DNA of 64,000 bases, taken from Candidatus Limnocylindria bacterium (GTDB lineage Bacteria > Patescibacteriota > Saccharimonadia > Saccharimonadales > JAGQNK01). The position numbers and the translations under genes are program-made. Location: positions 1,581 to 65,580 of the forward strand of contig DATHJH010000042.1 in the NCBI GenBank assembly GCA_035489815.1. The letters are read 5' to 3'. The notes beneath the pieces are model-generated. The model was not told the DNA's origin, did no database searches, and saw nothing but the letters and a program-made list of their open reading frames with translations. Positions 9,604 through 19,247 of this stretch are shown in pieces. Every line of letters starts with the position of its first letter. The first letter of the stretch is position 1.

Positions 9604-10433
9604 ACTTATCGAAACACCCCCTTGTTTCCGTCATTGTTACCACCCGCAACAATCAGGCCACGCTCAACGCATGCCTGCGCTCCATCACAGAACAAACCTA
9701 CAAACTCGTTGAACTTATCACAATAGACAACCAGTCCACTGACGAAACCAAAACCATTGCCCGCACCTATACGCCGCACGTTTTTGACAGGGGGCCAGAA
9801 CGTTCTGCCCAGCGCAACTACGCTGTAGCCAAAGCCAAAGGCCAGTATGTACTGATCATTGACTCTGACATGGAACTGGAGGCCAAAGTTGTCGCCCAGT
9901 GCGTCGAAGCCGTTCAGCTCAACCCGGATACACAAGCTGCTATTATTCCAGAAGAGTCTTTTGGGCAGGGATTCTGGGCACAGTGTAAGCGGCTGGAAAG
10001 GTCATTTTATGTTGGAGTCGACAGCATAGAAGCGGCCCGTTTCTTTGACAAAAAACTGTTTGAGCAGGCAGGGGGCTACAACGAATCTCAAACCGGGGCC
10101 GAGGACTGGGACCTTACCAACCGTATAGCTGCCCTGACCAGCATTGCCCGCATTCCGGAATATATCTTCCATAACGAGGGCCGGATCCGGCTGCGCACCG
10201 CACTCAAAAAAAGGTTTTACTATAACAAAGGCTTTTTACAGTATTACCGGTCCAGCCCGACTCATCAAAAACCAGCAGCCAGTGTTTTGAACTACTACAA
10301 ACTGTATTTGTCCCGCCCGGCCAAGCTCTTTCGTAACCCAATCCAAGGCATGGGCATGCTGTTCATGAAAACCTGCGAGTTCGGGACGGGTGCACTCAGC
10401 ATGCTGGCCGCCAAAAGGGAGGATGCCCGATGA
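9600..10433 (+). CDS. GT2 glycosyltransferase
   Basis: VSVIVTTRNNQATL...IDNQSTDET...IDSDMEL is the GT-A/GT2 signature. There are ATGA overlaps at both ends. Confidence 0.75.
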   Translation: MNLSKHPLVSVIVTTRNNQATLNACLRSITEQTYKLVELITIDNQSTDETKTIARTYTPHVFDRGPERSAQRNYAVAKAKGQYVLIIDSDMELEAKVVAQCVEAVQLNPDTQAAIIPEESFGQGFWAQCKRLERSFYVGVDSIEAARFFDKKLFEQAGGYNESQTGAEDWDLTNRIAALTSIARIPEYIFHNEGRIRLRTALKKRFYYNKGFLQYYRSSPTHQKPAASVLNYYKLYLSRPAKLFRNPIQGMGMLFMKTCEFGTGALSMLAAKREDAR

Positions 10434-11599
10434 AGATCCTTTTCCTGGGCACCCACGGACAAAAAAACTGGGGTGATGAACTCATGCTGCATGTCTTTGT
10501 GCACCAGCTTAGTCCGGTTGTAGATAAGTTTTATATAAATTCCTACGAACCAAAACTGACCGCCGAATATTTAAAACGAAAAGACGTCCAGGTGTTTAAC
10601 ACCAGGACCGACAAACTCAAACTCCTGGGCTACCTTTTTCGGGCCGATGCCGTGGTGTTTGGCGGCGGTAATATTTTGAAGGAGCTCTACACCGCCTACG
10701 GCGGCAGCCGCTACGCCACGCTAGGTATGATAGATACCATCACCAAAGCCGCCAAGCTGCTGGGCAAGCCAATCTACCTGTGCAATATAGGCATCGGCCC
10801 GCTGGAATCCAGCCAGGGCAAGCAGCTGACAAAAGCTATTGTTCAGCGGGCACGGCTGACCACCGTACGCGATAGCGGATCGTTTCAGACGTTAGGTGAA
10901 ATACAGGTAACTACTCCGCACTTACTATCCAGCGACGCTGTTTTTTCGGTTGATCGCCCGTACTTTGGCCTGTCTAAAACCCGCCAGCGGCGATCCATAA
11001 AGGACGTCACAGATTTGCAAAAAGTCGGCATCAGCCTGTGCCGCAACATCAGCAACAACGACAACTGGCACTATTTTATGAACAGCCTCGCTGCCGATGT
11101 CCTCCGCTTGTATAAGGCACATCCACGGCTCCAGTTTATTGGCCTGCCTATGCAGTTTGATGTCAGCAATAATAACGACCAGCAAGCCCTTCAGGAACTC
11201 CGCAGCCTGGTGCGCCAATCAGCACCGGATGTTTTGTTCGAGCTTGCCAAGCCCGAATCCATCAAGGATCTGGCCAGTGTCATTGACCAGACAGACCTTT
11301 TTATTGGCGAGCGTCTTCATGCGCTTATCCTCTCTGTAATCCTGGGTATTCCGGTGGTAGCGCTGGAATACGACGTCAAAGTCACTGGCGTGATGCAGGA
11401 TCTTGGGCTGAGCCGGTTCGGTATAAATATCAGTGAAAAGTTTGGCGCGGGCAGCATCTTCCGGGCCGCCCGGACTATAGCCAAAAACTACGGTCAAACT
11501 ACAGCCGATATAGCCGCCGCCTACCAAACCAGCCATGCGAATGCCGCCCAATCTTTGCAAGAAGTAACACAAGCGTTGAAAGAAGGTAGGTACGAGTGA
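10430..11599 (+). CDS. polysaccharide pyruvyl transferase family protein (CsaB/WcaK-like)
   Basis: GTHGQKNWGDELML, FGGGNIL and IGERLHALIL fit the PS_pyruv_trans pattern as I know it. Confidence 0.7.
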   Translation: MKILFLGTHGQKNWGDELMLHVFVHQLSPVVDKFYINSYEPKLTAEYLKRKDVQVFNTRTDKLKLLGYLFRADAVVFGGGNILKELYTAYGGSRYATLGMIDTITKAAKLLGKPIYLCNIGIGPLESSQGKQLTKAIVQRARLTTVRDSGSFQTLGEIQVTTPHLLSSDAVFSVDRPYFGLSKTRQRRSIKDVTDLQKVGISLCRNISNNDNWHYFMNSLAADVLRLYKAHPRLQFIGLPMQFDVSNNNDQQALQELRSLVRQSAPDVLFELAKPESIKDLASVIDQTDLFIGERLHALILSVILGIPVVALEYDVKVTGVMQDLGLSRFGINISEKFGAGSIFRAARTIAKNYGQTTADIAAAYQTSHANAAQSLQEVTQALKEGRYE

Positions 11600-12651
11600 C
11601 AGAACTGACCGACCTCCTTGATAAGCTACATAATCAGCGCAAACTAGACCACAGCCTGCTACTGGGTTACTACGGCGGTGGGAACTATGGCGATGAGTTT
11701 CTGATGGAGGTGTTAGCAAATTTACTCACAGCACGTGACGTCCAGGAGGTCACGATTACCTACCAGGATCCTAAAACCTATAAGACTTTCCACCATGATT
11801 TTGGCTACACGCTTTGCAACATGCACGACAAAAAAACACTGCTTCGGGCTGTCCTGAAAAGTAAAAACATTCTGGTTGGCGGCGGCGGACTGTGGGGCAG
11901 GGATTTTAACTTTAATGTGCTGCTCATGAGCATCCTCCTGTTTGTGAGCCGCTGGTTTTTGGGCAAAAAGGTTTACCTGCTGGGCATCGGCTATTATCAG
12001 TCCACGTCGCGACTTGGCCATGTCGGAGCCTGGTTGGCGGGCAGGGCAGCCAACGTCGTTTTGGCGCGGGACAAAGAAACGCTGGCTAACTTCCAGAAAG
12101 TCAATAAAAAAAACACGCACCTCAGCCGGGATATAGCCTGGTATGCAGACCGGATAGATGAAGCCGCCTACGCCAAAGATGTGGACAGACTGAATACAAA
12201 ATTTCCGGTACGGGGCAAAACGCTCTTTTATACGCTGAGAAAACTAGAAGGATACTACGACCTGATTGGGCGCTGCCTGAGTCAAAATCAGGATAAACCC
12301 AGCATAGCCGGACTGCTCGTACCGCGCCAGGTCCGCCCGGATGGGTTCCAGCTGCTTACAAATTGGCAAAAAGAATCTCCTGATCTGCAGATTTTTGACC
12401 TGGATTTCAACCCAATGGCGTTGTTTTACTTTTTCCGCAGGCACCGTAAAAACCTGGCGCTCATTGGCCCCCAGTATCACATCATCATTACCGCGCACCT
12501 CAACGACGTACCCTTTCTGCCGATTGTCTATGACAACAAAGTAGCCGAACTACTGAAGCAGATCAAGGACCCGCGCAAAGCCTTGCCGGCAGTAGGCTTA
12601 CAACAAGCCGACATCCAAAAGTTCATAGATGCCTTTTACAGGAGCAACTAG
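11596..12651 (+). CDS. polysaccharide pyruvyl transferase family protein (second copy)
   Basis: GYYGGGNYGDEFLMEVL and VGGGGLWG match the same family. GTG start overlaps the preceding stop. Confidence 0.65.
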   Translation: MTELTDLLDKLHNQRKLDHSLLLGYYGGGNYGDEFLMEVLANLLTARDVQEVTITYQDPKTYKTFHHDFGYTLCNMHDKKTLLRAVLKSKNILVGGGGLWGRDFNFNVLLMSILLFVSRWFLGKKVYLLGIGYYQSTSRLGHVGAWLAGRAANVVLARDKETLANFQKVNKKNTHLSRDIAWYADRIDEAAYAKDVDRLNTKFPVRGKTLFYTLRKLEGYYDLIGRCLSQNQDKPSIAGLLVPRQVRPDGFQLLTNWQKESPDLQIFDLDFNPMALFYFFRRHRKNLALIGPQYHIIITAHLNDVPFLPIVYDNKVAELLKQIKDPRKALPAVGLQQADIQKFIDAFYRSN

Positions 12652-15551
12652 TGAGTTTATTCCTATCTCACGGTGACTTCAGCTTTCCATTCACCTGGCC
12701 GTACTATTTCTACAAACAGTTGTTCATGTGGTCGTTCCGTACGGGCACACCCAATCCTGACGGCATTATAAAAATGCCGGGGCGGCTGCCGGAACTGGTC
12801 GTCTTTATGCTGGGAGGCAACAACTTAGTCGTAAGCTACTTCTTTATTTTTTCTTCGTTAGCCTTACTATTTGCGGCCTTCTATTTCTTTGCGGCCAGGT
12901 TTTTGCGCATACAAAACAAAGCTATCAGATGTCTGGGAGCATTGTTTTACACCCTTAACCCGGTAACGCTGGGCAACCTTGCCAAGACCGGGCTCATCGT
13001 GGCCGCCGCCATGCTGCCCGTTAGTCTGGTTGCTGTGCGCTACATTTTTATGAAGAAAAAGCTGCGCTACCTTTTGCTTTGGATCATCTGCCTGAACATT
13101 TCGCTTATTCACCCGTTTACCTTTATTGTGAATGGCGCAGCATCCGGCGGCTACTTCCTCTACCTGGCCTGGGAAAACAAACCCTGGCTGTGGGCCAGGC
13201 GGTGGACTTTTGTAGCGTTTGGCGTCATTGGACTGTTGCTAAGCGCCTACTTTTTATTGCCTATGGCCAGCATGCGCACGCTGAGTAAAGACATCATCAA
13301 CGACAGTGCCGCCGCCTCACCAACCGATTATACGGCCATGGTGGAAATACTCAGCACGCGGGACCTGCTGACCGGTTTTTCGCTGTCCAAGGACGTGGTG
13401 ATAGATTTTGCTTATTACGGCGGGCTGTATACCGGCATCTACTTTGCGGGGATTATTGCCTTTTATATGTTGCTGTTTGGCGTCTATCTGCTGGTGGAAA
13501 AGAAGTTGAGCGATGCCGACCGGCGGCGGGTCACCTTGTCGCTCACCGCCTTTTTGGCGCTTATTTTACTAGCCACCGTGACTGTGTGGAATGTTGACCG
13601 GCTTATAAAATTCCTCATCAAACTGCCAGGCGGCTGGGCCTTCAGGTCGCCGCTGAAATGGCAGCTGTACATCCCCTTGACCCTGGTCACGATGCTTGTA
13701 ATCCTACTGTCATATCTGGAAATCAAACGTACCCGGCGATTGCTGTATGGCGGGCTGATCATCGTATTCTTGCTCATGAACGCCTACTTACTGGCAGAAG
13801 TCGGGGCCAAGCTGCTGGTACCGCGCCGTGTCACGCATTTTGCGGGCCTGCAGCAAAAACCGTTCAATCACGAAAACATTTTACTCATCAGCAATGACAA
13901 ATGTGCCTCTACCGACATGGCTAACCGGCGCATCCGGACCGAGCTCAAACAAGTGCTGGTATCCAAGGACGTTCAGCTGAAACAAATCAGGCCTGACAAC
14001 GTTTCCACCATCAACCTGGACAGTTATAACTACGTGCTGGATTGTCAAAATTCCCTGCGGGAGCTGCTCAAGCAGAGCTATGACTTTCAGCTGGAAGATA
14101 CCTATGCCGACAATATGTTCCAGCTGTACGCCAATCGCCAGCCGCGCACCTACATATACACTTCGCGGTCACTTTTTTCCACGCCAGCAGAGCAGTTGGA
14201 GCACAAACAGGCTTTTGCCCAAAACGCGTTTGGGGAACCTTTCGACTTCATAGACGACCCGACGGAAAAAGAGGCACAGAATCCTCCCGTTACGAGCCCC
14301 ATTATCAAGCTCATTGACCCCTACCAGAAACTTGCACCGGGCAACATCCAGGAAAAGACACTAACCGCCTCTGCCGGGCTGACAGCCGGTGATCGCACCC
14401 AGGTATACATCCGTGGCACGAATCAGCCGCTTTATTTCCGTTATGATCCGGGCGGGCGGCAGCTGTCATTCAATGCCGCGCCCCAGAATGGCTACAAGGC
14501 CTTACCGGCCGGCAACACTTTCCAGCCAATCCCCATAAATATTCCTTCCGGTGAGGACACGATTAGTGTTACCTATACCGACAGCACTTACACCTACCAG
14601 AACCTCCTCCCCAATCCGTCGCTGGAGGAGGGGGCCTGGCAGCGGGAGGTCGGGGATTGCTATGCTGTCGACGACAAAGCGGACATTGGAATGGGCACGG
14701 ACCAGTCAGCCAAAAGCGACGGAAACCAGTCCTTGCAGCTGTGGTCCAAAAACCACATAGCCTGCAGCGGCCCTGCGGCTGTACCTGTCAAACCTGGTAA
14801 TTATTTGCTGGATTTTGACTACCAGAGCGACAGCGGCCAGCACGCCGGATACGCCCTGATGCTCAACAAACCAAATCGCACCATCCTCAGCAGTCGGCTA
14901 AAAGGCCCGCCCAAACAGTGGCTGCCATTCACCAGCACCTTTGCAGTGCCCAAATCCAGCACAGCGCTGCGGCTGCTTGTCCAGGCCTATCCGGACACCC
15001 CCGGCGTAGTCGCCGGCACAGCTCATTACGACAACTTCCGGTTACTGGCTGTTCCAGACGTCCAAAACAGATTCTATTTTGTCCAGCGGCCAGCCGCGGA
15101 GATGCAAAAACCTTCACACGTAGCCTACCGGGTCCTTAACCCTACCAAAAGTACCGTACACATACGCGGCGCCACGACGCCTTTTTACCTGGTTACCAAA
15201 GAATCTTACAGCACCAAGTGGCGCCTGGCCCTGGCGGACAAAGCAGCCTCCTGGCTGCCGTTTAGTCCAGTCAGGGCCGTGGCAGAAAAAAACCACCTGC
15301 GCGTCAACGGATCCATGAACGCCTGGTACGTCGACCCGGCTGAAGTATGCGGGCAGCAGGGCAGGGCAGGCTGCACCAAAAATGCTGACGGGTCATATGA
15401 CATGGAACTGGTAAGTGAATTCACCCCCCAGCGTTGGTTCTACCTTGGACTCCTGATCAGCGGCCTCACCTTTGCCGGCTGCCTGATTTACGTCGTGTTT
15501 GCCCTCTGGGGTACCCTGCAGCAGAGAGGCTATCACTTCAGACGGCCATGA
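12651..15551 (+). CDS. 966-aa polytopic membrane protein (GT-C-like) with a C-terminal jelly-roll/CBM-like domain and terminal TM anchor
   Basis: The N-terminal ~400 aa form many hydrophobic helices. The C-terminal part contains NLLPNPSLEEGAWQ...YDNFRLLAVP, which resembles CBM4/9-type sugar-binding modules. The final helix is WFYLGLLISGLTFAGCLIYVVFAL. Confidence 0.55.
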   Translation: MSLFLSHGDFSFPFTWPYYFYKQLFMWSFRTGTPNPDGIIKMPGRLPELVVFMLGGNNLVVSYFFIFSSLALLFAAFYFFAARFLRIQNKAIRCLGALFYTLNPVTLGNLAKTGLIVAAAMLPVSLVAVRYIFMKKKLRYLLLWIICLNISLIHPFTFIVNGAASGGYFLYLAWENKPWLWARRWTFVAFGVIGLLLSAYFLLPMASMRTLSKDIINDSAAASPTDYTAMVEILSTRDLLTGFSLSKDVVIDFAYYGGLYTGIYFAGIIAFYMLLFGVYLLVEKKLSDADRRRVTLSLTAFLALILLATVTVWNVDRLIKFLIKLPGGWAFRSPLKWQLYIPLTLVTMLVILLSYLEIKRTRRLLYGGLIIVFLLMNAYLLAEVGAKLLVPRRVTHFAGLQQKPFNHENILLISNDKCASTDMANRRIRTELKQVLVSKDVQLKQIRPDNVSTINLDSYNYVLDCQNSLRELLKQSYDFQLEDTYADNMFQLYANRQPRTYIYTSRSLFSTPAEQLEHKQAFAQNAFGEPFDFIDDPTEKEAQNPPVTSPIIKLIDPYQKLAPGNIQEKTLTASAGLTAGDRTQVYIRGTNQPLYFRYDPGGRQLSFNAAPQNGYKALPAGNTFQPIPINIPSGEDTISVTYTDSTYTYQNLLPNPSLEEGAWQREVGDCYAVDDKADIGMGTDQSAKSDGNQSLQLWSKNHIACSGPAAVPVKPGNYLLDFDYQSDSGQHAGYALMLNKPNRTILSSRLKGPPKQWLPFTSTFAVPKSSTALRLLVQAYPDTPGVVAGTAHYDNFRLLAVPDVQNRFYFVQRPAAEMQKPSHVAYRVLNPTKSTVHIRGATTPFYLVTKESYSTKWRLALADKAASWLPFSPVRAVAEKNHLRVNGSMNAWYVDPAEVCGQQGRAGCTKNADGSYDMELVSEFTPQRWFYLGLLISGLTFAGCLIYVVFALWGTLQQRGYHFRRP

Positions 15552-17206
15552 GACATGTAAAAAAGTCAACACTCATCATCTATAGCCTGGTTGCTCTGGT
15601 CATCTTGCTGCCGCTACTGGACAGGGGATATATCCTAACCTTGGATATGGTTTTTGTGCCTGACCTGCAAGTGCCAGGTAGCGTAAGCAGCAGCTATCTT
15701 TTGCACACCGGCCTGGCCATCCTGGGCAAGCTAGTACCAAGCGACATCGTTCAAAAACTGATGCTTTTCAGTATTCTGGTCTTTTCCGGATTTGGTGCCC
15801 ACCGGCTGTTTGAGCTCATCCATGCAAAAGTCCGTACAGAGGTCCGTACAGAAGCAGCAAACAGTGCGGCCGCATATTTTGCCGGTATCTTTTACATGAT
15901 TAACCCGTACACTTATTCGCGGTTTATGGCCGGGCAATATTCGGTACTGTTGGGCTATGCACTTTTGCCCTTTTTCGCAAACGCCTGGCTGCAGTTTTTA
16001 ACAAATCCGGCTAAAAAAACTACGTTGACAGTCGTGCTCTGGGCAGTGCTGATAAGTATAGTTTCCGTGCATAGCGTCGGCCTTATCGCCCTCCTGGGCT
16101 GTATTGGTCTGGGCGGGGCGTTATGGCAGAATCGTCAGCATAGCGCGACAGTGAAAAAGCTCTGCATGTACAGTCTGGGCGGGTTGGGGGTAGCTATGAT
16201 TCTCAGTAGCTACTGGCTCGTGCCGCTCGTGCTCGGCCATAACCAGACCGCGCGGACTATAGAAGGCTTTGGAACAGGGGATCATCAGGCTTTTGTCACT
16301 GCCGGCGGTCATGCCATCGGCCGGCTGGGAAATGCCGTGCGGCTGCAGGGTTTTTGGGCCGAGGATCGCGCCCTCTATGACTTGCCGCAAGAACGCATGC
16401 CTGCCTGGGGGCTTCTTATACTTGTACTCTGGGTGCTGGCTATCACCGGCGGCATCAGGTTTTGGCGCCAGGGCCAGCACCTGGAAACAGCCGTACTGGG
16501 CGCTGGTGCAGCCATCGCGGTCTTCCTGGCCGTCGGCGGCCTGAGTGGCTGGTTGGCTGGTCTGCCGCTGCTTGGCGGGTATCGTGAACCACACAAGTTT
16601 ACCGGTCTCCTTGCTTTGGCTTACGCTATTTTTGGGGGCGCTGGTGTGGCTGCTCTTTTGCAGCGGACCGAAAAACGGTTTGGCGGGACAGCCGCCAGCG
16701 CCATCATGGGCGCAGTCCTCGTCTTACCGCTTGCCATTACTCCCACCATGGTGTGGGGGTTTGCGGGGCAGCTGGCTCCCCGTCACTACCCCAAAGACTG
16801 GTTTGTCGTAAACCAAAGGCTGAACCAGGATACCAGCAATTTTCAGGTACTTTTTGTGCCGTGGCACCTGTATATGCCGTTCAATTTTTCTGGACGCACC
16901 ATTGCCAACCCGGCCATGAAGTTTTTTGACAAGCCCATTTTAAGCAGTGACGATCCAGAATTTCGCGGTGCTTCTACTACCTCGTCTACAGCCAGCATAA
17001 GGAGTGTTGGCAGGGTTCTGGCAGACGCATCAGGTCGTCAGGACCTTGGGCGGCAGCTGGCCGCCCATAACATTAAATACATCTTATTGGCGAATGAATC
17101 CGATGCTGAAAAATATCACTATATGGATGATCAGAAAGACCTGTATGTCATATCCCAAACTACTACGCTAAAATTATATCGGAATAAACTATGGGATAAA
17201 TTCTGA
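15548..17206 (+). CDS. polytopic membrane protein (GT-C/polymerase-like), about 552 aa
   Basis: The ORF track gives 15434-17206. ATG 15548 (MRHVKKSTLIIYSLVALVILL) overlaps the preceding stop as ATGA and is the likelier start. About 11 hydrophobic helices precede a soluble C-terminus. Confidence 0.5.
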   Translation: MRHVKKSTLIIYSLVALVILLPLLDRGYILTLDMVFVPDLQVPGSVSSSYLLHTGLAILGKLVPSDIVQKLMLFSILVFSGFGAHRLFELIHAKVRTEVRTEAANSAAAYFAGIFYMINPYTYSRFMAGQYSVLLGYALLPFFANAWLQFLTNPAKKTTLTVVLWAVLISIVSVHSVGLIALLGCIGLGGALWQNRQHSATVKKLCMYSLGGLGVAMILSSYWLVPLVLGHNQTARTIEGFGTGDHQAFVTAGGHAIGRLGNAVRLQGFWAEDRALYDLPQERMPAWGLLILVLWVLAITGGIRFWRQGQHLETAVLGAGAAIAVFLAVGGLSGWLAGLPLLGGYREPHKFTGLLALAYAIFGGAGVAALLQRTEKRFGGTAASAIMGAVLVLPLAITPTMVWGFAGQLAPRHYPKDWFVVNQRLNQDTSNFQVLFVPWHLYMPFNFSGRTIANPAMKFFDKPILSSDDPEFRGASTTSSTASIRSVGRVLADASGRQDLGRQLAAHNIKYILLANESDAEKYHYMDDQKDLYVISQTTTLKLYRNKLWDKF

Positions 17207-17218
17207 GGAAAGAGCACG

Positions 17219-17758
17219 ATGTCAAATATACACCCCGGGACACCGCAACCACGACCACGTGCATCAGTAGATGGTATTTTACGGCCGCGTACCGGAACCC
17301 GCCCAAAGCAAAGGCGGACTCCGCCGCTTCCTCACCTCCAACCGCTCGGATCACAACGGTCCTGGCCCGTTGAGACACCGGCCCCACCCGTTCACGCCAA
17401 GCCGCAACCCCAGGCTCCCGCCCGGCACAAAGCCAAGCCAAGCCGCAAGCGACATTCTTTTCGCACTGTCCTGCGCCTCATGCTGCAGGCAACAGCCGTG
17501 ATTGTGCTGCTGCTTCTGGGCCTCTTTTCCAGGTACGCTGTTATTGGCCAGGTTGTTATTGGCCTGTACGGTGTGGCTGCGCTGGTTATGCGCCTAGAAA
17601 GCCGGACAAGCTTTACGTTGGCCGTCATGGCGCTGGCCGTCGTGCTGGTTGCCAGTCTTCGTGCCGACACCGTACTGGCAGGGGCTTTTGCGATATACGC
17701 GTTCCTGTTACTGGCCATTGGCGCAATTTCTTTGGGCCGTGAAATTCACAATGCCTAA
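17219..17758 (+). CDS. Pro/Arg-rich protein with C-terminal TM helices
   Basis: The N-terminal half is P/R/K-rich and low in complexity. The C-terminal 90 aa form three hydrophobic helices. No family recognised. Confidence 0.45.
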   Translation: MSNIHPGTPQPRPRASVDGILRPRTGTRPKQRRTPPLPHLQPLGSQRSWPVETPAPPVHAKPQPQAPARHKAKPSRKRHSFRTVLRLMLQATAVIVLLLLGLFSRYAVIGQVVIGLYGVAALVMRLESRTSFTLAVMALAVVLVASLRADTVLAGAFAIYAFLLLAIGAISLGREIHNA

Positions 17759-17931
17759 GAACCTCTTATCCTTAGATGGAATCTCATAGAACCCATTTCA
17801 TAAAGTTTAAGAATTGTAAAATATCTCCTATTAGCTCCCTTAACTGAGGTGAGATAGAGGTATAACAGAGGTCCGTCAGAGAAAACCCCTTTGATAAAAT
17901 GATACGGTCACTAAAAGTATAAGGAGGGCCA

Positions 17932-18183
17932 ATGCGTCTAATGTCTGGAAAAGTACCTAAAGAAAAGCGATCCAAGAAAATAGTTCTAGGATTCGCTGGC
18001 CTCGCATCGGCAGCCGTGGTGAGCGCAGTCGGCTTTGCCGGTGCAACATCCGCCAAACCAGTAGCTACTCCCGGCTATGGCGGCAACAATAACAACCATC
18101 AGGAGATAAACACCGAAGTAGATCTGGACGTCAACGGTGACAACAATGTCATCAATGTCGTCATTAACTATTTCTTCGGGTAA
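17932..18183 (+). CDS. small secreted Asn-rich peptide precursor (83 aa)
   Basis: AAGGAGGG lies 4 nt before the ATG. A signal-peptide-like segment (IVLGFAGLASAAVVSAVGFAGATSA) is followed by a ~42-aa tail ending NVINVVINYFFG. A strong terminator follows immediately. Confidence 0.6.
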   Translation: MRLMSGKVPKEKRSKKIVLGFAGLASAAVVSAVGFAGATSAKPVATPGYGGNNNNHQEINTEVDLDVNGDNNVINVVINYFFG

Positions 18184-18203
18184 GCCCTGATAACCCAACC
18201 CCT

Positions 18204-18233
18204 AAGCTCCCTCTGCAAAGAGGGAGCTTTTTT
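18204..18233 (+). terminator. rho-independent terminator
   Basis: aagctccctct gcaa agagggagctt forms an 11-bp stem with a 4-nt loop and is followed by a T-run. Confidence 0.8.
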
Positions 18234-18333
18234 AAAGAGCATAATCTGGCCGTCATTCTGACAGACACGCAGGCGCAGAGATAGAGACGCCGCCTTGAAA
18301 AAGCATAAGGGGTACTCTACAGTACTACTATAA

Positions 18334-18882
18334 ATGGCCAGAAAACGCAGCCCGCAACCTCCTATTGTCCAACTTGCCCTTATTCACTTCCTGCTTATCC
18401 TGCTGTTTGCGGGAACTATTGTTGTGCATGACGCCTCGCAACTGATTGCACCGGCAGCTGTATTGCAGCGCTGGAAGCTTACCGCCGCCATGACCGTCCT
18501 GGTTACCGCGGTTTGGTATTTTGCCCGCATCAAACAGGATAGTTCTGCTTTTCAGAAATGGTTGATCGCCGCACTCGTTTTTGGAGATATCATTTTTACC
18601 TCACTCCTGGTGTATAGCGACCGTGGCATGGCCAGCCCTGCAGTCGCCCTTTACAGCCTGCCGATTGCCGTTTCTGCAGCTCTTCGCAGTCGCAGCGCTT
18701 TGTGGGCTACGGCAGTACTCAGTGCGACCGGCTATTCGCTGGCGGCAATAAAATACTTTGTTGATTACTTCAACGAAGGCTACAAGGTCCAGCTGTACGC
18801 GACAATAGGCTTGTACGGTACGGCGCTTTTCCTGCTTGTGCTTCTGCTGACAGTGGCGCTCCATACCAAAGCCGATACCTAA
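18334..18882 (+). CDS. integral membrane protein (182 aa, about 5 TM helices)
   Basis: The ORF is hydrophobic throughout. No family recognised. Confidence 0.5.
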   Translation: MARKRSPQPPIVQLALIHFLLILLFAGTIVVHDASQLIAPAAVLQRWKLTAAMTVLVTAVWYFARIKQDSSAFQKWLIAALVFGDIIFTSLLVYSDRGMASPAVALYSLPIAVSAALRSRSALWATAVLSATGYSLAAIKYFVDYFNEGYKVQLYATIGLYGTALFLLVLLLTVALHTKADT

Positions 18883-19052
18883 CCAGTATTGATACGGCAG
18901 CACACTTTAACTTATAGACATCACACCCTGAAAAAGGCACTCATCCCATGAGTGTGGGTAATGATGCCCACCTCTGAAACCATAAGCCGTTTGCGGTTAA
19001 TTACTTGTGGCAAAGGGATAGTCGCCTATACTAGTAATCGGGGCAATCATAC

Positions 19053-19247
19053 ATGAGTACACAAGAACAAGAAAAAATTATCAAAGAACTACGTGGCAAG
19101 GCAATTAAGATCACCATTGCTGATGGGGTTAAAGTCACCGATAAAGTTACCAAGATTGATAAAAAGACAGTGTGGGAAAAAGCCAAGCGAGCCGGAGAGA
19201 CCATAAATGACGACACTCTACCCACCCCTCATACGGCAGGAGCTTAA
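19053..19247 (+). CDS. putative antitoxin partner of the PIN protein (64 aa)
   Basis: Small charged ORF immediately upstream of the PIN-like gene and overlapping it by 41 nt. The assignment rests on position only. Confidence 0.35.
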   Translation: MSTQEQEKIIKELRGKAIKITIADGVKVTDKVTKIDKKTVWEKAKRAGETINDDTLPTPHTAGA

